Shown: positions 56,084 through 64,000 of the stretch, piece after piece
How positions within the stretch are numbered: the first letter of the stretch is position 1
How the letters are laid out: the number at the start of each line of letters is the position of its first letter
Source: a virus
Taxonomy: Duplodnaviria > Caudoviricetes
Direction: 5' to 3' (one strand)
Virus record (IMG/VR): IMGVR_UViG_643692013_000008
Coordinates: 43,573-107,572 of that record
DNA length: 64,000 nt
The notes under the pieces: model-generated
What the model saw: only the letters and a program-made list of their open reading frames with translations
Database searches by the model: none
What the model was told of the DNA's origin: nothing
Made by a program: the position numbers and the translations under genes

Positions 56084-57322
56084 ATGTCCACTCCCGCTAC
56101 CTCGAGCGTCCCGGCGATTTCATGGACCCCGGCCGGCCCGGTTGTGCCGGACCAGTCGGCCATCGTGGCCGGCGCGCTGGCCGACATCAATGCCGCGTTC
56201 GGCGGCAAGCTGAACATCGTCAACGAGGACGGCACGCCCAACCTGACAACCTCGCAAGGCCAGTTTGCGACGAGCCAGGCCGCCGTCGTCGCCGAGAAGA
56301 ACGACGACATCCTGGCCGTAGTGAATGGTGTCGATCCGGATCTGGCCGACGGCCGGTTTCAGGACGCAATCGGGCGCATCTACTACATCGAGCGCAACCC
56401 GGCACTGCCGACCGCAGTCACCGTCACCTGCACTGGCCTGCAGGGCACTGTCATTCCGGTGGGCGCGAAGATCCAGGCCACCGACGGCAACGTCTATCTT
56501 TGCACGCAGGCCGGCACGATCCCGGCAGGCGGCAGCATCGATCTGTCGTTCGCCTGCAGCGTGACGGGTCCCATCGCGTGCCCGGCGGGCTCGTTCAGCA
56601 AGCCGTACCAAGCTATTCCAGGCTGGGACACCGCCACGAACTCCGTCGCTGGCGTGGCCGGCCGCAACGTCGAATCGCGCGCCGACTTCGAGGCGCGCCG
56701 TCGCGCGTCTGTCGCGCTGAACTCGCGAGGCTCGATCGTCGCCGTGCGCGGCGCCGTCCTGTCGGTCGCCAACGTGCTCGACGCCTACGTCACCGACAAC
56801 CCGAGCGGCTCACCGGCCACGGTCGGAAGCTATGTGCTGAAGCCGCATTCGCTCTACGTCGGCGTGTACGGCGGCGCCGCGGCCGACATCGCGCAGGCGA
56901 TCTGGACGAAGAAGTCGCCGGGGTGCGACTACAACGGAAACACGACGGTGACGGTCTACGACACGTCGATCGGATCGCAGCCCTACCCGTCGTACAACGT
57001 GACTTTTCAGACGCTCACGCCGACGCCGATCCTATTTTCCGTTCAGATCGTTAATAACCAGAATTTGCCGTCAAACATAATCCAGTTGGCGAGAAACGCG
57101 ATTATTTCTGCATTTAACGGTTCTGACGGCGGAGCGCGCGCTCGCAGTGGCGGCACCATTTATAGTGGCCGATACTTCCCGGGATTGATGGCGATTGACC
57201 CGTCTGTCGAGCCCCTTTCGGTACAAATGGGGTTCACGACCGCAAACCAGAATTCGCTGCAGATGGGCATCGATCAAACCCCGACGATTTCCCCATCGAA
57301 TATCAGCGTAACCCTGGTTTAA
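56084..57322 (+). CDS. Baseplate J-like protein
   Basis: GRFQDAIG; GRNVESRADF. Confidence 0.88.
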   Translation: MSTPATSSVPAISWTPAGPVVPDQSAIVAGALADINAAFGGKLNIVNEDGTPNLTTSQGQFATSQAAVVAEKNDDILAVVNGVDPDLADGRFQDAIGRIYYIERNPALPTAVTVTCTGLQGTVIPVGAKIQATDGNVYLCTQAGTIPAGGSIDLSFACSVTGPIACPAGSFSKPYQAIPGWDTATNSVAGVAGRNVESRADFEARRRASVALNSRGSIVAVRGAVLSVANVLDAYVTDNPSGSPATVGSYVLKPHSLYVGVYGGAAADIAQAIWTKKSPGCDYNGNTTVTVYDTSIGSQPYPSYNVTFQTLTPTPILFSVQIVNNQNLPSNIIQLARNAIISAFNGSDGGARARSGGTIYSGRYFPGLMAIDPSVEPLSVQMGFTTANQNSLQMGIDQTPTISPSNISVTLV

Positions 57323-58048
57323 ATGAAGAATGTTGAACAGACCATTCTCAGTCAGTATGCGAACAGCCCGACTCTTTGCCAGCTGATTGAGAATTTCGAT
57401 CAGTACATCGACCCCACGGCCGATATCGACGCGTTCTACGACAATGTCTGGAATATCGATACGGCCGTGGGCGCGGGCCTCGACGCGTGGGGAAAAATCG
57501 TCGGCCTCGACAGTGGCCGCTACCTGCGCATCCCCTACAGCGAATTGAGCCTCGGCTTTTCCGAGGCCGGCACGTTCAGCGCGACACCTTTCGGCTCCGG
57601 GACGCTGTATTCCGGCTCGACGCTCACGCGCAACTTCGCGCTCGAAGACACGCCGTTCCGCACGCTGATCCTCGTCAAGGCGCTTGCCAACATCTCCGAC
57701 GGATCGATCCCCGGCTACAACCAGTTGCTGCGCAACCTGTTCGCGGGCCGCGGCCGCTGCTACGTCAACGACCTGGGCAACATGCAGTTGCGCTACACGT
57801 TCGAATTCTTCCTCGAGCCGTATGAGGTCGCGATTCTCACCCAGTCCGGCGCATTGCCGCGCCCCACCGGCGTGCTCTCGTCTGTGATGCAGATCCAGAT
57901 TGGCAGCACGTTCGGCTTCTCCGAGGCCGGCGAATTCCAGCCGTTCGGCCAGGGCACGTTCTACACCGGTGTAACCAACGTGTTCTCGCCGATTGGCGCC
58001 TTTTTCCTCGACGTGAATTTCATCCTCAACCAGTCGACGCTCAACTGA
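57323..58048 (+). CDS. Baseplate protein, DUF2612
   Basis: SQYANSP; WNIDTA.G.GLDAWGKIVG; LPRPTGV. Confidence 0.85.
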   Translation: MKNVEQTILSQYANSPTLCQLIENFDQYIDPTADIDAFYDNVWNIDTAVGAGLDAWGKIVGLDSGRYLRIPYSELSLGFSEAGTFSATPFGSGTLYSGSTLTRNFALEDTPFRTLILVKALANISDGSIPGYNQLLRNLFAGRGRCYVNDLGNMQLRYTFEFFLEPYEVAILTQSGALPRPTGVLSSVMQIQIGSTFGFSEAGEFQPFGQGTFYTGVTNVFSPIGAFFLDVNFILNQSTLN

Positions 58049-58061
58049 CTAGGGACACTCT

Positions 58062-59468
58062 ATGCAGAGCACCCAGACACCTACCCTCGTGCCACTGGCC
58101 TTTGCCGCCAACGGCACGAAGAATGCCATTCCTGAAAACTCCCAGATCGAAATCACACCGGGGGCAGCGTCGCTGAATGACGGCTTCCCGCCGCTGACGA
58201 TGACACCGATCGCCGCCGGTGGAGTGCCGCCTTCTGGCGCCGACGTCAACGGTGTGCTGAACCTGATCACGCAATCGATCCGCTGGGCACACGGAGGCGG
58301 CAGCTACGCTTGGAACAGCGGCTTCGCGAACGACGCCAACGTGGCCGGCTACCCGAAAGGCTCGGTGCTGATGCGCGCCGATCTGACGGGCTTCTGGATC
58401 AGCACCACCGAAGGAAACGCGACGAATCCCGATGCGACCGACGGCTCGGCCGCCGGATGGGTGCCCGGCTACAACTACGGCGTGACCGTGGTATCGGGCC
58501 TGACGAACGCCAATGTGACGCTCTCGCCGCTGCAGGCCGCGAAGTCACGCATTCTGGTCTCGGGCGCGCTCACCGGCAACGTCAGCATGATTTTTCCGGC
58601 CTGGACAAAGGAATGGGAGGTCGTGAACAACACGACCGGCGCGTTCTCGCTCACGGCGACCACGGCAGCGGGCACCGGCGTGACGCTGCCGGCCGGCTCG
58701 ACCATCATCACCGGCGACGGCACGAACATCGTTCAGCCGTCGCGGAACATCGCCGTGCCGCCGGCGGGCGACAGCAGCCAGAAAGGCGCAACGACCGCGT
58801 TCGTGCAGGGCTTCGCCGGTGGCCGCAAGGTGGTCATTCTCTCCGCGATGAACTGGACCGTTCCTGCCGGCGTGACGCTCATTTGGATCAGCGCGTGCGC
58901 GGCAGGCGGCGGCAGCGCGGGATCACCCAATATTCCCGCGAACAACATCGTAGCCGGCGGCGCAGGCGGCGGGGCGGGCCAGTTCGTGCTGCGCTACCCG
59001 ATGGCAGTCACACCCGGGCAAGTTCTTTCATGCGTCCCTGGCGCCGCTGGTGTCGCGGGTGCAATCGGGGGCGCCGGCGGGAACGGCAGCAACACCATCG
59101 TCGGCAGTCTCACTCTGAACGCAGGTGCGGGCGGCCAGGTCGGCAGCAGTGGAGCGCCTACGCAAGCATGGCCCGGCCAACCAGGCGGCAACGGCTTCCC
59201 GAATGGCGAGTACGGCCAAGACACGTCTCAGTATGGGCCTGGCGCCACTGGCGGCCGAGGCGGTTGCGGCCCGTTCGGCGCGAGCGGCGCGCCGGGCCGC
59301 GGCGCAATCGGTGGTGTCGCGAGCCTGATTGCGCCGTCTGCGTCATACGGCTACGGCGTTGGCGGCTCGGGTGCGGGCGGCTGTTACGGCCCGACGACGG
59401 CATCGGGAACCACGAGCGGTAGTGTCGGCGCGGCCGGCATGCCGGGTTTGATCGTCATCGAATATTGA
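58062..59468 (+). CDS. Tail fibre with glycine-rich C-terminal domain
   Basis: ASLNDGFPP.TM..GGVPP..DVNG; GYPKG; C-terminal GxGG repeats ending LIVIEY. Confidence 0.85.
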   Translation: MQSTQTPTLVPLAFAANGTKNAIPENSQIEITPGAASLNDGFPPLTMTPIAAGGVPPSGADVNGVLNLITQSIRWAHGGGSYAWNSGFANDANVAGYPKGSVLMRADLTGFWISTTEGNATNPDATDGSAAGWVPGYNYGVTVVSGLTNANVTLSPLQAAKSRILVSGALTGNVSMIFPAWTKEWEVVNNTTGAFSLTATTAAGTGVTLPAGSTIITGDGTNIVQPSRNIAVPPAGDSSQKGATTAFVQGFAGGRKVVILSAMNWTVPAGVTLIWISACAAGGGSAGSPNIPANNIVAGGAGGGAGQFVLRYPMAVTPGQVLSCVPGAAGVAGAIGGAGGNGSNTIVGSLTLNAGAGGQVGSSGAPTQAWPGQPGGNGFPNGEYGQDTSQYGPGATGGRGGCGPFGASGAPGRGAIGGVASLIAPSASYGYGVGGSGAGGCYGPTTASGTTSGSVGAAGMPGLIVIEY

Positions 59469-59478
59469 GGGGAACCAC

Positions 59479-59709
59479 ATGGCGCGCTACGCCTATTTCG
59501 ACAAGCAAGTGAAAGCGGTACTGGGCTGGATCGACACCGTTGCGTGGGGCTACAACGAAGACCCGACCAAGACGCTCCCCGCAGACCAGATGATGCCGAT
59601 CACCGACGATGCCGATTGGCACGCCGGAGACGGGCAGCAATGGTACGTCGTCAATGGATCGCTGACGAGAACGGCTCCTCCTTCTTCCCCTCCGAGCAAC
59701 ATCACCTGA
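59479..59709 (+). CDS. Putative tail fibre assembly protein
   Basis: Position; GAGGGG RBS. Confidence 0.55.
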   Translation: MARYAYFDKQVKAVLGWIDTVAWGYNEDPTKTLPADQMMPITDDADWHAGDGQQWYVVNGSLTRTAPPSSPPSNIT

Positions 59710-59721
59710 AGCGAAACCGAC

Positions 59722-61686
59722 ATGAAACGGATCTTCTCGACCCTCGCTGCAGCGTTCGCGCTGCATTTTTCTTTGCTGCCGCACACTGCTGACGCTCAGG
59801 TCATTCAGTTCGTTCCCGGTCAGATGCTCACGGCCGAGCTACTCAACTCCGCATTCGCGCGCGTCACGGCCAACGTCCTATCTGTCACCGGCGGCACGCT
59901 GACAGGGCCGCTACAGGGCACAGCAGCGACATTCAACTCGGGTAGCTTCGCGAGCCTATCAAGCAGCGGCCCGGTGACGTTCTCGACGCCCCTCGCGTTC
60001 GCTTCCGGTGGCACCGGCGCCACGACGGCGCTCGGCGCCACCAGCAATCTGCAGTTTCAGGCGTCGCTGTCCGGCGCCGGCGGCCGCTCTGTCTCGAGCA
60101 AGCTGAGCGACGTCGTCAGCATCCTAGATTTTCCGGGCTGCGATAAAACGGGGGTCGCCGACAGCACCGGTTGCATCCAGGCCGCGCTGAACTCGGGCGC
60201 GCGCACGGTCTACGTCCCGGCGGGCCAGTATCGCGAAAGCGGCCTCACGCTGCCGCAGACGCAGGGCTTCACGCTCTACGGCGACGGCCCGAACAGCGTC
60301 CTGATCCAGACGGGCGGCTCGATCAGCTATCCGGCGATCGCGGGGGCCTTCACGTTCGACTCGCATTCGACGATTCGCGACCTGAAGTTCGACGGCACCG
60401 CCGGCACCGCGAACACGCTCGATACCACGTTCGCGCAGACGCTCGACCTGCTGAACCTGGCGTTCAACAACGTCCCGGTCGGCTACTCGTCGATCAAGAT
60501 CGACGGCAACCCGACGACGGGCGTCTACATGCACGACGTGCGGCTGAAGAACATCCGCATCTACTCGACGACGGCGGGCAAGGCCGGGATCGAACTGGGG
60601 GCATTCGCGTCCGACTCGACGATCGACGGCTTCATCATGAACGGCGGGTTCGTCGTGAACTACTGCATCTACGCCAACCCTGGCGCGCAGACAACGATGG
60701 TGCAGAACTCGCACCCGTACAACGCCGCGATCAACGTCGTCCGGCTGGCCGGCAACAACAACGATTTCGGGTTCGTCGGCGACACGATCGACAACGCGCT
60801 CGGCGATGTCTTCTACATCAAGAACTCCACGCACACGCGCATCTCATCGACTTGGATCGAGTCGATCAACAGCTTTCAGCGCGGACTCGTGCTGGATGGC
60901 TCGTCGAACAACATTGCGATGGGGCTCGGCTGCCAGACCTACGGTGTGACGAATGCGACGTCATGTGTTGCTGAGATCAATGGCGCCGCGGGCAACAAGA
61001 TATTCGGGGCTCAGCTCGACAGCGCATCGAACTACGCAACGCCCTTCAACTTGACCGGCGCCGGCAGCCTGTATCAAGCCACGAACAGCGGAAACTCGCT
61101 GAATACGATGAGCGTGGCGGCAGGCGGTTCGCCATCGCTGAGCGCGTCCGGAACGGATAGCTCGATCCCAATCACGTTGAACCCGAAGGGCAACGGTGGC
61201 GTGGTCCTGAACTTCAGCAACTCGATCACCGCAGCGTACTACTCGGACACGGCTGGTGAGCTGGCGCTCGAGGTCTACAACGGATCGACGCCCACCACGA
61301 AATACAACCTGAATCTCGTGAAGTACGGAGGGCGCTTGCTGCTTGGCGGCGCCGACGACGGCACGAACAAACTGCAGGTCGGTGGCTCTGCGGCCGTCTA
61401 CGGGAACCTGACTGTAACCGGCGCCGGCGCGATGCCGCTCTACTCGACGTCTGGCACGGCTGCCAGCGCGCCGCACATGGTGAAGGGTTCGGTGACGCTG
61501 GCAAGCGGCTCAGCAACGATCACGCTCACCGGCGCCGCGGCGTTCTCGTCGTCCTCGAGCTACGTCTGTACGGCGATTGATACGACTGCATCGAATGCCG
61601 TTCGCGTGTCGCAGACATCCGGCACGTCGTTCTCGCTTAGTGGCACTGGTACCGACACGGCGCAGTTCCTCTGCGCCGGCAACTAG
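59722..61686 (+). CDS. Tailspike-like beta-helix depolymerase with N-terminal signal peptide
   Basis: KLSDVVSILDF..D.TGVADST..IQAAL..VYVPAG.Y pectate-lyase-3 cap; MKR + hydrophobic core + ADA. Confidence 0.8.
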   Translation: MKRIFSTLAAAFALHFSLLPHTADAQVIQFVPGQMLTAELLNSAFARVTANVLSVTGGTLTGPLQGTAATFNSGSFASLSSSGPVTFSTPLAFASGGTGATTALGATSNLQFQASLSGAGGRSVSSKLSDVVSILDFPGCDKTGVADSTGCIQAALNSGARTVYVPAGQYRESGLTLPQTQGFTLYGDGPNSVLIQTGGSISYPAIAGAFTFDSHSTIRDLKFDGTAGTANTLDTTFAQTLDLLNLAFNNVPVGYSSIKIDGNPTTGVYMHDVRLKNIRIYSTTAGKAGIELGAFASDSTIDGFIMNGGFVVNYCIYANPGAQTTMVQNSHPYNAAINVVRLAGNNNDFGFVGDTIDNALGDVFYIKNSTHTRISSTWIESINSFQRGLVLDGSSNNIAMGLGCQTYGVTNATSCVAEINGAAGNKIFGAQLDSASNYATPFNLTGAGSLYQATNSGNSLNTMSVAAGGSPSLSASGTDSSIPITLNPKGNGGVVLNFSNSITAAYYSDTAGELALEVYNGSTPTTKYNLNLVKYGGRLLLGGADDGTNKLQVGGSAAVYGNLTVTGAGAMPLYSTSGTAASAPHMVKGSVTLASGSATITLTGAAAFSSSSSYVCTAIDTTASNAVRVSQTSGTSFSLSGTGTDTAQFLCAGN

Positions 61687-61709
61687 CAATGACCACCGGC
61701 GGGGGAAAG

Positions 61710-62081
61710 ATGCGAGAGCCGACGCGCTATGAGGAACTGCCCGAAACCAAGGGCGGCGACTTTCGCGCCCTCGTCGTCGCCGTGGATCGCTTGCGCCGTG
61801 AGACGGGGCAGAGACACGTCGAGAACACCACGACGATGCAGGTTGTGGAGGAGAAGCTGAAGGTGTTGATCGGCCGCGTCGACGATCTTGCGAAAGGCTT
61901 CCCTGATAACGATCCCGACGGCCACCGCCGCGCGCACGAAGCGATGATCGCGCGCGCCGAGGCTCGGGCCAGGCTGTACGACGAGCTGCGCGCCGAGCTC
62001 GCGAAGAAGGGGTTGTGGGCGCTGTTGCTCGCAGTGGGCACGGCGCTCTGGTTCTGGACCAAGACGAAGATCTTCAATTGA
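61710..62081 (+). CDS. Holin-like/antiholin membrane protein
   Basis: Single C-terminal TM; first gene of the lysis cassette. Confidence 0.6.
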   Translation: MREPTRYEELPETKGGDFRALVVAVDRLRRETGQRHVENTTTMQVVEEKLKVLIGRVDDLAKGFPDNDPDGHRRAHEAMIARAEARARLYDELRAELAKKGLWALLLAVGTALWFWTKTKIFN

Positions 62082-62089
62082 GGTTGACT

Positions 62090-62332
62090 ATGAAACAAAT
62101 CGAACTGATCGAAGACTGGAAGCGGGCTTGGCGGCTGTACAGCGTGCACGCGATGCTGATCGCCGCCGTGCTCGGCATCGTGGAGGCCGGCCTCGCGGCC
62201 GCGCACATCGCATGGTTGCCTGAGTGGGTGTTCGGCGCGCTGACCGCGCTGATCGCCGTGTCCGGCATCGTTGGCCGCATCGTCAAGCAAGACCCAGGCG
62301 ACGCGGCCCGCATTGCGGACCTGAAGCAATGA
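62090..62332 (+). CDS. Holin (2 TM)
   Basis: LIEDWKRAWRLYSV...RIVKQ. Confidence 0.75.
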   Translation: MKQIELIEDWKRAWRLYSVHAMLIAAVLGIVEAGLAAAHIAWLPEWVFGALTALIAVSGIVGRIVKQDPGDAARIADLKQ

Positions 62333-63099
62333 ACGCCCTCTCCGCGCTGCTCGACGCTATCCGAGCGCTGTTCGCGCGCGCGCCAGTGCCGGTGCCGGCC
62401 GCGAGCCCGAATGCGGCCGTGCCGCCCGCGTCGCCGATGCAAGCACAACAGCCGGAAACCCACGCCCAGCAAGGCGGGCGAGCGCCGCTGGGGCCGGCCG
62501 AAAACGACTGGCTCACGCTTTGCCGCCCGCTGTCGCAGCACTTCGAGAGCTGCTACCTGACCGCGTACCCCGATCCAGCCTCGCCGCTCGGCAAAGCGCT
62601 CCAGGCGCGCGGCATTTGGTATCGAGTGCTGGGCGGCATGCCGATCCCGGCCGACCCGGCGCTGCGCGCGCTCTCTGGCGCGCCGTGGACGTGCGGCTGG
62701 GGCTCGACCGGGCCGGACGTGCGTGAGGGCACGACGTGGACGCAGGCGACTGCCGACGCGCGCCACGACGCGAACCTCCAGGCCGCGGCCGCGCTTGTCG
62801 ATCGTGCCGTCACTGTGGTGCTGGCGCCGCACGAAAAGGCCGCCATGGTCAGCATCGTGAACAACGTAGGGCCGGGCCGGGCGCGCGCGGCCGGCGACCC
62901 GGGACGCGACGGTATCGTGACGCTGGCGAGCGGCGCCCCGTCGACACTACTGCGCATGCTCAACGCAGGCGCGCGCCTGGCGGCCGCCGATCAGTTCCTC
63001 GTCTGGAATCGCGCTGGCGGCGTCGTCAGCGACGGCCTGAAGCGGCGGCGGGCAGCCGAACGAGAGCTTTTCCTCACCGGCCAATGGAGCCGATCATGA
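62329..63099 (+). CDS. Endolysin, GH24 lysozyme
   Basis: FESCYLTAYPDP...WTCGWGST; NVG; GLKRRRAAE. Confidence 0.88.
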   Translation: MNALSALLDAIRALFARAPVPVPAASPNAAVPPASPMQAQQPETHAQQGGRAPLGPAENDWLTLCRPLSQHFESCYLTAYPDPASPLGKALQARGIWYRVLGGMPIPADPALRALSGAPWTCGWGSTGPDVREGTTWTQATADARHDANLQAAAALVDRAVTVVLAPHEKAAMVSIVNNVGPGRARAAGDPGRDGIVTLASGAPSTLLRMLNAGARLAAADQFLVWNRAGGVVSDGLKRRRAAERELFLTGQWSRS

Positions 63100-63404
63100 G
63101 CGCTATCGCGACCCTGCTTTCCATCCTGAACGGAGCCTGGGCGCTGCTCTCCAAGCTGTTCGGGAAAAAGCCGGCGCCCGACGAAAACACGCAGGCTGTC
63201 GAAGTCGCCAACCGGGCCGGCGCGCTGTCGGCCGACGAAGCGCGGGCCGCGCGCGCGAACACCGAACAGGAGCTGGCCGCCAATGAAGCACAAACCGATG
63301 CTGATGTTGCTGCTGTGCGTGATGCTGGCGGCCTGCAAGACGGTGCCGACGCCGTCAATCGAGCAATCGCTCGCACCCGTTCATACCCTGGTACCGACCG
63401 TTGA
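63096..63404 (+). CDS. i-spanin (Rz-like)
   Basis: N-terminal hydrophobic helix + coiled coil after endolysin. Confidence 0.6.
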   Translation: MSAIATLLSILNGAWALLSKLFGKKPAPDENTQAVEVANRAGALSADEARAARANTEQELAANEAQTDADVAAVRDAGGLQDGADAVNRAIARTRSYPGTDR

Positions 63405-63609
63405 TTGCGGCGAGGACAATCCCGATGCCGAACTTCCTGACTACCCTGCTGCGCCGTCTGTCGAGACGCTCGACAATCTCCGCGCCTATTCCCGAACCCA
63501 GCAACTCTGGGCCGTCCGCGCCGCCGGCGTCGTCGCAGACGAGCACACCCTACGCCGAACCACCCGAGACTGCCTCAACGCCCTCCGCGCCCGCGGTCTC
63601 ATCAACTGA
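63283..63609 (+). CDS. o-spanin lipoprotein (Rz1-like), overlapping
   Basis: Lipobox LAAC; Pro-rich; starts inside the i-spanin gene. Confidence 0.75.
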   Translation: MKHKPMLMLLLCVMLAACKTVPTPSIEQSLAPVHTLVPTVDCGEDNPDAELPDYPAAPSVETLDNLRAYSRTQQLWAVRAAGVVADEHTLRRTTRDCLNALRARGLIN

Positions 63610-63628
63610 ACCAGAAGGAACGACAGCC

Positions 63629-64000
63629 ATGATCTCCCTCACCGCAATCGCCAGCGCCATCGTCTCTGGCGCCACCGCAATCGAAACCGCCATCAGCGAC
63701 GTCGCTACCGTCGTCGCCGACGTCAAGAAGCTGGTCGCCTACGTGCCGGACCTGATGCAGACGTTCGAAGACGCATACGCGGCCGTCGGCCAGCCGACGA
63801 ACGGCGCCGGCAAGCTGGCCGGCGTGCTCGCCGCTCTCGAAGCCGTGGCGGCCAAGATCGGCGCCGACTGGACCGACTCGATCAAGTCGATCATCGCGGG
63901 CATCATCGCGCAGGCGAAGGCGGCCTACAACGCCATCGTCTCGGTTGCAGCACCAGTCGCGGCGGCGCCGGCCACCGCAGTCACTGCACCGGCCGCTTGA
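63629..64000 (+). CDS. Ala-rich helical hypothetical protein
   Basis: AAGGA RBS; stop at the window end. Confidence 0.65.
   Translation: MISLTAIASAIVSGATAIETAISDVATVVADVKKLVAYVPDLMQTFEDAYAAVGQPTNGAGKLAGVLAALEAVAAKIGADWTDSIKSIIAGIIAQAKAAYNAIVSVAAPVAAAPATAVTAPAA

Noticed and set aside
58900-59450. Gly-rich repeats as collagen or an invertible fibre cassette
   Set aside because: Not Gly-X-Y periodic; no invertase or flanking inverted repeats

Overview
The whole window is temperate-phage DNA from a GC-rich host, probably Burkholderiales (inferred from the tRNA-Pro fragment and gene content). Two prophages sit side by side and meet at a 47-bp 3' fragment of tRNA-Pro(GGG) (17482-17528, minus strand), with two unrelated tyrosine integrases converging on it. 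Prophage A (<1-17.5 kb) is seen only as its early operon: promoter/operator, KTSC, ERF + YqaJ, a C5 methyltransferase with six internal repeats, a mosaic Ea-type protein, DUF5131, ASCH-like, xis, int. Prophage B (17.5 kb->64 kb) is nearly complete: int/xis, early-left operon (Lar/DUF551, mosaic protein, nested two-frame C5 MTase, N4/N6 MTase, RecE-like), a lambda-like cI/cro switch with five 17-bp operators, replication, RusA, a Bcep781/Aaphi23-type contractile-tail morphogenesis module and lysis genes. Best leads: (1) ordered 22-31 bp in-frame linkers shared by both phages that bracket non-homologous domain cassettes; (2) a repeated, covarying two-hairpin RNA element in both early operons; (3) a tailspike-like depolymerase with a Sec signal peptide and three Cys pairs; (4) an M.EcoHK31I-type methyltransferase split over two overlapping frames. 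Family names come from motif recognition by eye; no searches were run.
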